A DNA stretch of 64,000 bases, from positions 46,893-110,892 of the forward strand of contig CAWBQC010000007.1 in assembly GCA_963790845.1 (NCBI GenBank), given 5' to 3'. A program made the position numbers and the translations under genes. Under the pieces are notes generated by a model. It was not told the origin of the DNA and ran no database searches. It saw only the letters and a program-made list of their open reading frames with translations. The DNA comes from an uncultured Actinomycetes bacterium (GTDB lineage Bacteria; Actinomycetota; Thermoleophilia; Gaiellales; Gaiellaceae). The stretch's first letter is position 1. Each line of letters starts with the position of its first letter. This document shows positions 31,929 to 42,224 of this stretch, one piece after another.

Positions 31929-32954
31929 ATGGAAGGCCTCGCCGAGCTGCATACCCACCTCGGCGGCTCGGTTTCGTCCGACATCCTCTGGTCGCTCGCC
32001 CACGAGCAAGGCATTGCGCTTCCGGTCAAGGACTTCTGGGACTTCGACCGGCTCGTAACCGTCTCGGATCCGCGCGGCGTGCCCGATCTCGATGCGCTCG
32101 ACGCGATCTACCACTGGACGGAGCTCATCCAGTCGAGCCCGCTCGCCGTCGAGGTCTCGGTGCACGGCGCGATCGGCGGCGCATACCGCTCCCAGGGAAT
32201 CACGACGCTCGAGCTTCGCTTCAATCCGATGAAGAGAAACCGGGGCGGCGAGCGCGACCTCGATCACATCATCCTCGCCGCGATCCGCGGGCTCGACGTT
32301 GCGAGCCTCGAGTACCCGCAGGTGCGCGCCGGCCTCATCCTGATGATGGACCGGACGTTCTCGCCGCAGCAGAACGAGGTCATCGTCGAGAAGGCGATTC
32401 GTTGGGCGCCGCGCGGCGTGGTCGGGATCGATATCGCGGGGCCGCGGCCCGGCGGTGAGCGCTACGACTACTCCCAGGTTCAGCCGATGGTCGAGGAGGC
32501 GCGTGCGGCCGGCCTCGGCGTGACGATCCACGTCGGCGAGGAGGGAGGCGAGATGGGTCGCACGGAGATCGGCGAGGTGCTCGAGCTCCTCCGGCCCGAT
32601 CGGATCGGGCACGGGATCCTTGCCGCCGGCGAGCCCGAGCTGATGCGGGAGCTGCGCGACCGCGAGGTGGTACTCGAGATCTGCCCGACCTCGAACCTCC
32701 TCACAAAGGCACTGGCCGACGAGGGGGCGGTGCGGGAAGTCTTCCGCACCTTCGTCGAGAACGGCGTCCTGTTCACGATCGCGACGGACGGGCCCGAGAT
32801 GATGCGGACGCACCTCCGCGACGAGTTCGACCTGCTGCTGCGCAGCGGCGCGCTCACGCAGGATGAGCTGACCGAAGCGAACGCGCGCGGCCACGAGGCG
32901 AGCTTCGTCCGCGGATCGAGCGCTGCCTGGACGAATACCCCCGTCGGCCGATAG
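31929..32954 (+). CDS. add: adenosine deaminase family protein
   Basis: Intact 341 aa. LAELHTHLGGS (metal His pair), ...VVGIDIAGP..., TIHVGEE, RIGHG, EICPTSN, TIATDGP. Confidence 0.85.
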   Translation: MEGLAELHTHLGGSVSSDILWSLAHEQGIALPVKDFWDFDRLVTVSDPRGVPDLDALDAIYHWTELIQSSPLAVEVSVHGAIGGAYRSQGITTLELRFNPMKRNRGGERDLDHIILAAIRGLDVASLEYPQVRAGLILMMDRTFSPQQNEVIVEKAIRWAPRGVVGIDIAGPRPGGERYDYSQVQPMVEEARAAGLGVTIHVGEEGGEMGRTEIGEVLELLRPDRIGHGILAAGEPELMRELRDREVVLEICPTSNLLTKALADEGAVREVFRTFVENGVLFTIATDGPEMMRTHLRDEFDLLLRSGALTQDELTEANARGHEASFVRGSSAAWTNTPVGR

Positions 32955-32988
32955 CTGAGGCGGCGGCCCGGCCATAGCGTGCCGGGCC

Positions 32989-33252
32989 ATGAGAGGAACC
33001 GACGAGGCAAAGCCCGACCTCACCGAGCGCCAGCTCCAGATCGTTGTACTGATCGCGCGCGGGTGCTCGAACGACGAGGTCGGAGAGCGTCTCGGCATCT
33101 CGCCGAGAACGGCGAAGGCGCACTGCGACGTCCTGCGCCAGAAGCTCGGCGTGCCGAGGCGGCGGCAGATCCCTGCCGCATTCAAGGCGCTCACCGGCGA
33201 GGACCCACTCGCACGTGAGCTTGCGCCGGCTTTGGCCGGCGCCGGGGGCTGA
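32989..33252 (+). CDS. stand-alone LuxR/GerE-type HTH protein (87 aa)
   Basis: LTERQLQIVVLIARGCSNDEVGERLGISPRTAKAHCDVLRQKLGV is a LuxR C-terminal HTH with no receiver or ligand domain. Confidence 0.75.
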   Translation: MRGTDEAKPDLTERQLQIVVLIARGCSNDEVGERLGISPRTAKAHCDVLRQKLGVPRRRQIPAAFKALTGEDPLARELAPALAGAGG

Positions 33253-33258
33253 CGGCGA

Positions 33259-33288
33259 CCCGCGCTCGGGCCCTACCCCGAGCGCGGG
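33259..33288 (+). terminator. GC-rich perfect hairpin just after the LuxR-solo stop (no U-tract)
   Basis: CCCGCGCTCGGG (33259-33270), loop CCCTAC, CCCGAGCGCGGG (33277-33288). The 12-bp stem is perfect and is followed by CCCCCCGCTTG, so it is not a canonical U-tract terminator. Confidence 0.4.
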
Positions 33289-33371
33289 CCCCCCGCTTGC
33301 AGCAGTCGTGACGAGCAGGTGAGAGAGGAGTAGGGTCCTCGGATCCCGGGCCGACGCGACCCGGCAGGGGA

Positions 33372-35903
33372 ATGGTGGAGACGATCACAGCTGCGGCCTC
33401 GCCCGCGCTCGACCACATCATCGAGCGTCCGCGGCTGATCGCACGGCTCGCAGAGGGAGGCGGCTCGCGCGTCTCGGTTCTCGCGGCTCCTGCCGGCTAC
33501 GGGAAGACGACGCTCGCGCGCCAGTGGTCGAAGCGGCAGACCGGGCCGGTCGCGTGGTACCGCACGACGCGGGCGTCCGGCGACATCGCACTGCTCGCCG
33601 TACAGCTCGACGATGTGCTCGCCTCGGTCGCGTCTGATCTGCCGCGCGAGCCTGGGCGGGTCGCGTCGATCGCATCGGTCAACGCAAGCCCGAAACCGCT
33701 CGCTGCCGCGATCCTGCAGACGTTCAAGCCGCTCACCCACGATGTCCTCTTGGTCGTGGACGAGTGGGAAGCCGCGGCCACCGACGAGGCGGAAGAGCTC
33801 CTGTCGATGCTCGTCGAGGGGCTCGACATCCGGTTCCTGATCACGACGAGAACCCGTCCCGAATGGTTCACCCCGCGGCTCGAGGTGTACGGCGAGGGTC
33901 TCGAGATCGGCGTCGACGAGCTCGCCATGACGGACGGCGAGGCGTCCAGGGTTCTCGCCGCAGTCGGAGCGGTCGCCGGCCGAGCTCGACTGATGCGTAC
34001 GGCCGACGGCTGGCCAGCCGTACTGGGCCTCGCCGCGATGAGCGGCGACGTCGACTTCACGTCGAGCCATCTCCTATCGCACACCCTCTATGACTTCCTC
34101 GCGAGCGAGCTGCTTGCGGCCGCTTCGGCCGAGACGCAGGCGAGCGCTGATGGTGCTCGCAGTTGCGTCGATCGCGGACGTCGAGGTGGCCCGCACGGTG
34201 CTCGGACCCGGCGCTGACAAGCTGATCGAAGATGCGCTGGCACGCGGCCTAGTCGCCGTGACAGACCGCAAGGCGCTCTCGCTCCATCCGCTACTGCGCG
34301 AGTTGCTGATTCAGCGGTTCGGAGAGGCCGATGCGGACGCACGTCAGGCACTGCTTTCCGCTGCCGCAACCTGTTCGAGGCGCAGCGATGGGACGAAGCG
34401 CTGAGCGTTGCCGAGATCGCCGGTGACGCAGTCTTCGCCACAGAGGCCATAGCGGCAGCATTGGACGACCTCCTGGCGGCCGGGCGGACGAGCAGCCTCC
34501 AACGCTGGGTTGGTGCCGCTCGGTCTGCGGGCGCCGAAGGCGGCCTCATCGACTACGCCGAGAGCGAAGCGCTCTTCCGAGGGGACGAACTCGACAGCGC
34601 ACGAGGTCTTGCCACGCAAGCCGCACGCTCGCTCGTGGGGGACCTCGCTGCTCGCGCGCATCTGGTCGCTGGCAGATCGGCTCACCTGACTGACAACCCG
34701 AGTCGATCAGGCCATCATGCGGACCTCGCCGCGGCAGCCGCCGAAACCGTCGAAACACTCGAGGGGGCGTTATGGCTCCGATACCTCAGCGCACTCGAGC
34801 AGGAAGCACCGGATCTGACGGAACGCGTGGAAGAGTTCCGGGCTGCGGCACAAAGCGGTCTCAAGCAGTCGCTCATGGTCGCAGCAGCGGAGCTTGGCGG
34901 CGCCCTAATCGAGGGCGGACTGCCCGAGGCGCTCGATAACGCTAGGGATGTGCTCGCACTCGCTTCGAGAGGTGTCGATCCGATCGCACATACCGGGTTC
35001 CTGAGCGTGTATAGCGGCGCGCTTCTCCTTAATGGGCGATACGAGGAAGCATTGGAGCACCTAGATGCGCTGACAACGCTGGCCGTCGGCAACGCCATAG
35101 CATTCGCGATTCCATATGCCCAGATCGAACGCGCGAAGGCGCTCATTGGTCTCCGGAGATTCGCGCCGGCCACGCGAACGCTCTCGCTCCTGGAACGTCA
35201 GATGCAAGACAAACCCCGTGGCTACTTCCACGGAAGGATCCAGACCGAGCGCGGTCGCCTGTACGCGAGCGTGGGCGACCTTGAACGGGCGTTGCGCGTC
35301 CTATCGCTCGGTCCGCCTGCCCGCATTACCGAGGACAGGCGCAAGTGGGTTTCTCGGCTGGCAGGCACTGCTGACTGCGGTCAGCGGGAGACTTAGATCG
35401 CGCCAAGGTTCAGGTCGCCGACGCGCGCCGTGCGGGCCGCGGCTTGGAAGCCGAGAGTCTGGCGCTCCTGACCGAGGCGGTGATCGCGCTCGGGGAGGGG
35501 AACCCCGACGAGGCCGCCGCTCCGCTCAAGACAGTGATTGGAGCCGGAGTTTGCGATCCGATCGTAATCGCGGTACGTGCCGCGCCTCCCCTTGGGTCTT
35601 TCATCGCCGCGCAGCCGCAGTGGCGAACCTGGCTCCAGCGGATCCTCGCCGCCTCGCGGGACGCCTCAGTGGCGGCGTCACTCGGTCTACGCGTCCCAAG
35701 GGAGGCCAAGACAAAGACCGGCCTTAGCCCCCGTGAAGCGGAGGTGCACGAGCCTACTCGCCCAGGGACTGACTAACGAAGAGATCGCGAAATTGCTCCA
35801 CATCAGCCTCTCGACGACCAAGGTGCACGTCAAGCACATCTTCGAGAAGCTCGGAGTTCGGTCGCGGCTCGAGGCAGCTCGCGCGTTAGGTGACGGCGTC
35901 TAG
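33372..35903 (+). pseudogene. large ATP-binding LuxR-family regulator (LAL / MalT-like STAND), frameshifted as assembled
   Basis: Walker A VLAAPAGYGKTTLA and Walker B VLLVVDEWE (ORF 33372..34217). Helical/TPR-like middle in ORFs 34090..34404 and 34461..35396. C-terminal HTH LSPREAEV / LLAQGLTNEEIAKLLHISLSTTKVHVKHIFEKLGV (ORFs 35444.., 35577..35903). At least 4 frame changes. Confidence 0.75.
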
Positions 35904-37345
35904 CGGGCCACGGCGATGTCTTCGCCGCCCTGCTGAAGCTGCAACTGCTCGCGCATGAAAGAGGAGGCTCGGCCCGAGCGGTAACTGTCGTCGGCCGTCG
36001 CAAGGATCGCCTCGAACGCCGCGACGACCGCGGTGTCGAATTGTGTTCCCACAGCCTGCGCGAGGCGCATTCGAGCGACACGACTCGGCAACGCGTCACG
36101 ATAGGGGCGGTCCGAGGTCATCGCGTCATATGCGTCTGCGACACCGATGATCCGCGCGAGGAGTGGGATCTCGTCGCCGTGAATGCCATCGGGATATCCC
36201 ATGCCGTCGATGCGCTCGTGATGGGAGCGCACGATGTCGGCGATCTCCGAGTAGTCGTCGACGTTGCGGAGGATCCGCTCGCCGATCTCGGAGTGCTGCT
36301 CCATCTGCCGGCGCTCCTCGAGGGTCAGCGCGCCAGGCTTCTCGAGCAGGCCGGCCGGCAGCCCGATCTTCCCGATGTCGTGGACGAGGCCGCAAAGGTG
36401 GACGAGCTCCTGTTGATCCTCCGGCAACGCCATACGCTCAGCGATGTCTCTCGCGTAGATCGCCACGGCCGCGGAGTGACCAGCGGTGTACTGATCTCGC
36501 GCGTCGAGCGTGGCGACGAGGGCAGTTGCAAAGGAAAGGCTTGCTCGCCGAAGCCGTTCATTCGCAGTGGCCAAGTCTTGGCTCACGACCTTTTCCTGCT
36601 GGTAGAGCTGCAGCAGGCGCTGCGCCGCGAGTGCGGGCAGGAAGAAGATGAGGACGAGCTTTAGCGAGTACAGGTGGTAGCCGTAGGCAAACAGCGCCAC
36701 AACCGGAACGTAGAGCGGAACCGTGAGTCACGGAGGAGGCGCCGATCTCGCGCAAGACCTCCGGGAACGCTCCCACCCCGGACCCAGGCGGTCATGCCGA
36801 CGAAGAGCACCCTCCGCGGCGAGGTAAGCGACCGCTGCAACAAGGCTGGCGAAGAGATATCCCGCCGAAGCTTGTCGGGGCGGGCACAAGCGTCCAGGCC
36901 GCCAGGCCGGCCGCCGCCGCGGTGAGGCCGCGAGATTGGCGTGTACACGCACCACTTGAAGGCGCGATTCGCGTAGATCCCAGACATTCGAGAGGGCAGC
37001 GACCGCAAATGCGCCGAGCGGCCCAAACACGATGGCTGAGAAGACAAGCGGAAGAAGCGAGACGGAGTGATTCACCTGCTCGGTCACATCAATGCTCTGG
37101 CGTTCCGCAACTGCCGCAACCGCGGCTAGTACAAGCGCAGCCCAGATCGGTGGAAGCGCATAGCCGTAGACCGAAAGGGCGCCGACGGTCGCAGCGGACG
37201 CGGCGAAGAGAATGCACGCCCAGGCGAAAGCTCGGCGATCTTCGGCGCTACCCAGACCTTTGACGATCCGGTCCAGCCTTGCGTATCCCCCAAAAGGGGT
37301 ATAGGCTGGCGGGGCCGTCAGTCCCCGATCGATCGGAGTTCTCAA
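35900..37345 (-). pseudogene. membrane-anchored HD-GYP domain phosphodiesterase (c-di-GMP signalling), frameshifted in the membrane region
   Basis: The C-terminal ORF 35900..36700 is intact: TAGHSAAVAIYARDIAE...CGLVHDIGKIGLP...HHERIDGMGYPDG...ADAYDAMTSDRPYR. The N-terminal hydrophobic region is in ORF 36728..37429 plus other frames (36700-36960). The best start is the TTG at 37345, preceded by AAGGA. The track start at 37429 lies in lower-GC sequence. Confidence 0.75.
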
Positions 37346-37374
37346 TGAGTTCCTTTTCTCGTCTCGCTTGGGCA

Positions 37375-37401
37375 ACCAAGTTCTGGACGACCAAGTTCTG
37401 G
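37375..37401. repeat. exact tandem 12-mer ACCAAGTTCTGG x2 with 3-nt spacer (15-nt period)
   Basis: Copies at 37375-37386 and 37390-37401 are identical. They lie 30-56 nt upstream of the proposed HD-GYP start. Confidence 0.9.
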
Positions 37402-37496
37402 TAAACCCGTCGGATAGTCCGTTATCCACAGCATCCGAGCTTCCCCCGGGCGGGGGATCCGGGTAAGGGCTGGGAGACGGATAGACGGATTCACGG

Positions 37497-37530
37497 GCGC
37501 CGGGTGATCTTCACCCGGCGCTTCGTTTTT
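37497..37530 (+). terminator. canonical intrinsic terminator oriented on the + strand (no annotated + gene upstream)
   Basis: GCGCCGGGTGA (37497-37507), loop TCT, TCACCCGGCGC (37511-37521), then TTCGTTTTT. The 11-bp stem is perfect and the T-run follows only in the + orientation. Confidence 0.5.
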
Positions 37531-37533
37531 CCT

Positions 37534-37564
37534 TGTCCACAGCCTCAGACCGTGGCTGTGGACA
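37534..37564. repeat. perfect 11-bp inverted repeat TGTCCACAGCC-N9-GGCTGTGGACA (hairpin or operator candidate)
   Basis: Arms at 37534-37544 and 37554-37564. It lies 5 nt beyond the stop of the minus-strand LuxR gene (37569) and has no U-tract in either orientation. Confidence 0.5.
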
Positions 37565-37568
37565 GCAA

Positions 37569-37901
37569 CTAGCCGATGATCCCGCGGCGGAAGCCGACGG
37601 CCACCGCATGCGCACGCGAGCGAGCCTGAAGCTTCGCGAGCAGGTGCCTCACATGCGACTTCACCGTCTCCTCCGACAGGAACAACCGCTCGCCGATCTC
37701 GCGGTTCACGAGCCCGTCGGAGATGAGCTGAAGCACTTCGACCTCCCGGCCCGTCGGCTCCTGCTCGAGCTCGCGAAGCGGGCTCTGCAGCGGGATCACG
37801 TCCGCGCCGCCGGTACCGCGACGCCGCGCCGCAACTTCCTCGAAGCGGCGCGAATGCGTCAGATAACGGCTGAGGATCTCCTTACGCTCAGCTGCGTCCA
37901 C
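37569..37901 (-). CDS. small LuxR/GerE-type HTH protein (110 aa)
   Basis: Intact ORF. TGREVEVLQLISDGLVNREIGERLFLSEETVKSHVRHLLAKLQA. The N-terminal 45 aa belong to no recognised domain. Confidence 0.75.
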   Translation of the reverse strand: MDAAERKEILSRYLTHSRRFEEVAARRRGTGGADVIPLQSPLRELEQEPTGREVEVLQLISDGLVNREIGERLFLSEETVKSHVRHLLAKLQARSRAHAVAVGFRRGIIG

Positions 37902-37946
37902 GACCCGAATATCGGCCGCATGATCAAGCCGCTTTAGCGGACGGGT

Positions 37947-38978
37947 CTACCTCGAATGGGTGTCGTGGGTAGGCGAGACAGCCGGATTCGAGCGACCCGA
38001 GGTGTCTTGCGGCAACGCAGAGCCGTTCGCGTCGGCCGGCGAATGCCGCTCCGCCACTTCCACGTGCTGCAACGTCGCCTCGTCGACATTGAGCGGATGG
38101 TGACAAGCGGCGAGGTGCCCATTGCCGTAATCGACGAGCGGCGGCTCGATCTGCTTGCACACGTCGGTCGCATACCGGCAGCGCGGATGGAAGCGACAAC
38201 CGCTCGGCGGGTTGATCGGGCTCGGCACGTCCCCCTCGAGCACGATCCGCTCCCGCTTCTCCGCGAGATCCGGATCGGGGATCGGAACGGCCGACAACAG
38301 CGCTTCGGTGTACGGCATGATCGGACGCGTGTAGAGCTCTTCGGCCGGCGAGAGCTCGACGATCTTGCCGAGGTACATCACCGCGATCCTGTCGCTCACG
38401 TGCCGGACGACGCCGAGATCGTGAGCGATGAAGAGGTACGTCAGCTGGAACTCGTTCTGCAGGTCCTCGAGCAGGTTCAGCATCTGCGCCTGGATCGAGA
38501 CGTCGAGGGCCGAGACCGGCTCGTCGGCGATGATCAGCTTCGGCCGCAGAGCGAGCGCCCGGGCGATCCCGATTCGCTGGCGCTGGCCGCCGGAAAACTC
38601 GTGCGGGAACCGGTTGTAGTGCTCGGGGGATAGCCCGACCGTTTCGAGGATCTCTTCCACTCGCCGCTTCTGGTCGGACCGGCTACCGAGGCTGTGAATC
38701 CGCATGGGGTCGGACACGATCGTGCCGACGCGCTTGCGCGGGTTCAGCGACGCGTACGGATCCTGGAAGACCATCTGCATCTCGCGCCGCAGCGGCCGCA
38801 GGCGGCGCGTGCCGAGGCTCTGGATCGGCTGCCCCTGGAAGATGATCTCGCCCTCTGTGGGCTCGAGCAGCCGCACGAGCGTCCGGCCCAGCGTGGACTT
38901 CCCGCAACCCGACTCCCCCACGAGGCCGAGCGTCTCGCCCTCACGCACCGCGAAGCTCACGTCGTCGACGGCGTGCAC
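37947..38978 (-). CDS. Opp/Dpp-type ABC transporter ATP-binding protein (OppF-like), operon A
   Basis: Intact 343 aa. [12 protein letters not shown] (Walker A), [15 protein letters not shown] (signature), [12 protein letters not shown] (Walker B), C-terminal 4-Cys motif [15 protein letters not shown]...LAACHH. Confidence 0.85.
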   Translation of the reverse strand: MHAVDDVSFAVREGETLGLVGESGCGKSTLGRTLVRLLEPTEGEIIFQGQPIQSLGTRRLRPLRREMQMVFQDPYASLNPRKRVGTIVSDPMRIHSLGSRSDQKRRVEEILETVGLSPEHYNRFPHEFSGGQRQRIGIARALALRPKLIIADEPVSALDVSIQAQMLNLLEDLQNEFQLTYLFIAHDLGVVRHVSDRIAVMYLGKIVELSPAEELYTRPIMPYTEALLSAVPIPDPDLAEKRERIVLEGDVPSPINPPSGCRFHPRCRYATDVCKQIEPPLVDYGNGHLAACHHPLNVDEATLQHVEVAERHSPADANGSALPQDTSGRSNPAVSPTHDTHSR

Positions 38979-39062
38979 CCGGGCGACCTCCCGCTGCAGG
39001 ACTCCCTTCCGGATCGGGAAGTACTTCTTGACGTGGCGAACCTCGAGGAGCGGCTCCCTGGC

Positions 39063-40091
39063 TCATGCCGCCTCCGCCGAGCCGCCGGAGATCGTTTCAT
39101 CACGATGGTCACGCTTGTACTCGACGTCGAGCCAGCAGCGGTCGAGGTGGCCGGGGGTCTCGACGCGGTTCTCGAGCCGGGGCTCCTGCGTGCACTTGTC
39201 GAACGCGTGCGGGCAGCGCGGCCGGAACTTGCAGCCCTCCGGCGGGTTGATCAGCGACGGCGGCGACCCTTTGATCGTGTGCAGACGCTCAGGCCGCGGC
39301 CGGTCGAGACGGGGGATCGAGCCGAGCAGGCCCCACGTGTACGGCATCTGCGGGTCGTAGAAGAGGTCACGCTTCGTGCCGCGCTCGACGACGCGGCCGG
39401 CGTACATGACGATGATCTCGTCGGCGATGTCGGCGATCACGCCGAGGTCATGCGTGATGAAGATGACCGCAGAGTTGAAGTCGTCTTTGAGGCGGCCGAT
39501 CAGTTCGACGATCTGCGCCTGAATCGTCACGTCGAGCGCCGTCGTCGGCTCATCGGCGATGAGGACCGCGGGATTGCACGACAGCGCGATCGCGATCATC
39601 GCGCGCTGCCGCATGCCGCCCGAGAACTGGTGCGGGTAGTCGTCGACGCGCGACTCCGGGTTCGGGATGCCGACCTGGCGCAGGAGCTCGACCGTGCGCG
39701 CGCGCGCCCCGCGCTTGCCGACGTTCTCATGGGCCCGGATCGCCTCCGCGATCTGCTCTCCGATTCGATAGACCGGGTTCAGCGAGGTCATCGGGTCCTG
39801 GAAGATCATCCCGAGCTCGTTGCCGCGGATACTTCTGCATGTCGCGGTCCGAGACCTCGAGCAGGTCCTCCCCTTGTAGAGCACCTCGCCGCCGAAGCGC
39901 GCATTGATCCCGCGCGTGAGCCCCATGAGCGTCATCGCCGTAACGCTCTTGCCCGAGCCCGACTCGCCGACGATCCCGAGCACCTTGCCGCGCTCGAGGT
40001 CGAACGAGACCCCGTCGACCGCCTGGACGATCCCGTCCTCGGTCGCGAACTTGACGTTGAGGTCGTTGACCTCGAGCAGGCGTTCGGCCAT
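39063..40091 (-). CDS. Opp/Dpp-type ABC transporter ATP-binding protein (OppD-like), operon A; contains a compensated frame-slip pair
   Basis: 342-aa [56 protein letters not shown]...RCW. Residues ...[20 protein letters not shown]... are nonsense, and the alternative frame gives [14 protein letters not shown] (39841-39883). Confidence 0.85.
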   Translation of the reverse strand: MAERLLEVNDLNVKFATEDGIVQAVDGVSFDLERGKVLGIVGESGSGKSVTAMTLMGLTRGINARFGGEVLYKGRTCSRSRTATCRSIRGNELGMIFQDPMTSLNPVYRIGEQIAEAIRAHENVGKRGARARTVELLRQVGIPNPESRVDDYPHQFSGGMRQRAMIAIALSCNPAVLIADEPTTALDVTIQAQIVELIGRLKDDFNSAVIFITHDLGVIADIADEIIVMYAGRVVERGTKRDLFYDPQMPYTWGLLGSIPRLDRPRPERLHTIKGSPPSLINPPEGCKFRPRCPHAFDKCTQEPRLENRVETPGHLDRCWLDVEYKRDHRDETISGGSAEAA

Positions 40092-41049
40092 CAGCTCAAC
40101 CGGATCCTCGGGTCGAGGTACGCGTAGACGATGTCGACGAGCGCGTGAAGAAGACGATGAAGAACGCGCCGAAGAGCGTGACGCCCATGAGCGGCGGCAG
40201 GTCGACAGTCGTGATCGACTGGGCGGCGTACTGCCCGACGCCGTGCAGGTCGAAGACCGTCTCGGTGAGGATCGCGCCGCCGCCGAGGACGGCCGCGAAG
40301 TCGAGACCGAACAGCGTCACGATCGGGATCAGCGAGTTTCGGAGGACGTGCTTGAGCATCAGCGGCGCGGGTTGAAGGCCCTTCGCTCGCGCCGTGCGCA
40401 CGTAGTCCTCGTTGATCGTGTCGAGGATGTTCGAGCGCAGTACGCGTCCGTAGAAGCCGATGAAGAGCACCGCGAGCACGAACCACGGCAGGATCAGGTG
40501 GTAGAACCACTGCGCCGGGTCCTGAGGTCAGCGGGACGTAGCCGCCGTCCGGGAACGAACGTCGTCCTGCCGTCCTCGGCGAGGAAGTAGCGAACGATCA
40601 GGCCGAGCCAGAACGACCGGCAACGAGATGCCGATCAGCGCGAGCACCGTGATCGCGCGGTCGGAGATCCGGCCGGCCGTGACGGCTGAGATCGCGCCGA
40701 CGAGCACCCAGAACCCGAACCAGATGATCGCGGCGCCGATCGCGAGCGAGAACGTCGCCGGGCAGCCCCTGCTTGATCTGGTCACGACGTTCGTCTGGTT
40801 CGTGTACGAGACGAGTTCGCCGGTGAACGCTTCTTCATCATGGTCGTAGTACTGGACGGGAACGGCCTGGTCGAAGCCCCAGTCTTGCCTGATGTTCGCG
40901 ATGTTCTGCTCGTCGTCGCAGACCTTGCCCGCGATCCGCTGCGCCGGGTCGCCGCCGGGAACGACGATGAAGATCAGGAAGACGATGAAGCTGACGGCGA
41001 GCAGCACGAGCACCATCCCGACGAGCCGGCGGATGATGAACGCAGCCAT
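40091..41049 (-). pseudogene. Opp/Dpp-type ABC permease (OppB-like), operon A, frameshifted as assembled
   Basis: From the ATG at 41049: MAAFIIRRLVGMVLVLLAVSFIVFLIFIVVPGGDPAQRIAGK.... Then ...FSLAIGAAIIWFGF...LIGISLP / FWLGLIVRYFLAEDG / WFYHLILPWFVLAVLFIGFYGRVLRSNILDTINEDYVRTARAKGL...GGGAILTETVF... / ALVDIVYAYLDPRIRLS*. Confidence 0.8.
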
Positions 41050-41050
41050 C

Positions 41051-42177
41051 CTAGTGCTCGATCCGGATCTTGGCCCGCGGGTCGAGCGCGTCCCGCAGGC
41101 CGTCGCCGAAGATGTTGAGCGAGAGCGACCGTCGAGCACGATCGCGATGCCGGGGAAGAGCGTCAGCCACGGAGCGGTCGGATGCCGGTCCTGAGCCCTC
41201 CTGGATCAGCGTCCCCCACGACGGATTCGGGCGGCTGCACGCCGGCGCCGAGGAACGAGAGGCCGACCTCGGTGAGGATGTTGTTCGCGATGATCAGCGT
41301 GAAGAGGACGAGCACCGACGACGCGATGTTCGGCAGCAGCTCCGTGAACATGATCCGGACGGGCCGCGCCCTGCGCGATCGCGGCCTCGATGAACTCCTT
41401 CTCGCGCAGCGCCAGCACCTGGCCGCGCAGCGGCCGCCCGATGTAGGGGATGAGGACGAACGAGATGACACGTCGGGATCCAGAGGCTCGCCGCTCGGGA
41501 TGTCGATCGGCCCGTGGTGGAAGCCGTTGATCGAGAGCGCCGTGCCGAGCGCGATCCCGAGCAGGATCACCGGGAACGCCCAGATCAGGTCGAAGAAGCG
41601 CGAGATGACCCAGTCGCGACCGCCGCCGAAGTAGCCGGCGAGCAGCGCGAGGACGACCGCGAAGAATCGTGCAGATCAGCGCCGAGCCGAAGCCGATCAA
41701 GAGCGAGTTCCGGCCGCCGTAGAGCAGCCGGACCGCGATGTCGCGTCCGAGCTCGTCGGCGCCGAGGATGAATTTGCCGCCGGCGGCGCCACCACTGGGC
41801 CCGATCGGGATCGCCGCCGAAGACGATCTGCGGGACGCCGTTCACGATCTTCGTGCCGCCCTGCGAGATGACGTCGACCTTCCTGCCGTGCTCGATGACC
41901 GACGTGTCGCCGGTGCGAACGTCGTTCGGGCTGATGTGCGAGACGTGCTGACGCGTACACCGGCGCAAGCAGGCAACAGATGACCACCACGAGAGAAGAC
42001 CCCGAGGAAGGCGAGCGCGACGTAGTTGCGGCGCAGACGCCGGCCAGGCGAAGAACCCACGGGCTCTTGCCCTGGATCTGGGCTCGTGCTCTCTACCGCG
42101 CGCAAGCTCGGCGGCGGTGTCGAGCGAGAACTCCTCTTGGCTTGTGGTCGCCACGGGTTCAATGTCAACGGGCGCAA
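41051..42177 (-). pseudogene. Opp/Dpp-type ABC permease (OppC-like), operon A, frameshifted as assembled
   Basis: RRLRRNYVALAFLGVFS / VVVICCLLAPVY / SHISPNDVRTGDTSVIEHGRKVDVISQGG... / GADELGRDIAVRLLYGGRNSLLIGFGSALICTIL / FDLIWAFPVILLGIALGTAL / LRGQVLALREKEFIEAAIAQGA / VRIMFTELLPNIASSVLVLFTLIIANNILTEVGLSFLGAGVQPPE / LNIFGDGLRDALDPRAKIRIEH*. Start at the GTG at 42154 or the TTG at 42177. About 5 or more frame changes. Confidence 0.75.
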
Positions 42178-42224
42178 GCCGGCGCGGCGATGCGGGGCGC
42201 ACCGCCGCGCACGGCGTCAACCGG

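Noticed and set aside
37375-37401. Tandem 12-mer considered as a CRISPR or minisatellite array, and the KFW-KFW micro-ORF as a RiPP precursor
   Set aside because: There are only two copies with a 3-nt spacer and no cas genes, so it is not a CRISPR array. No radical-SAM, cyclase, protease or exporter genes typical of RiPP clusters are nearby. It is kept only as a regulatory or micro-ORF candidate.
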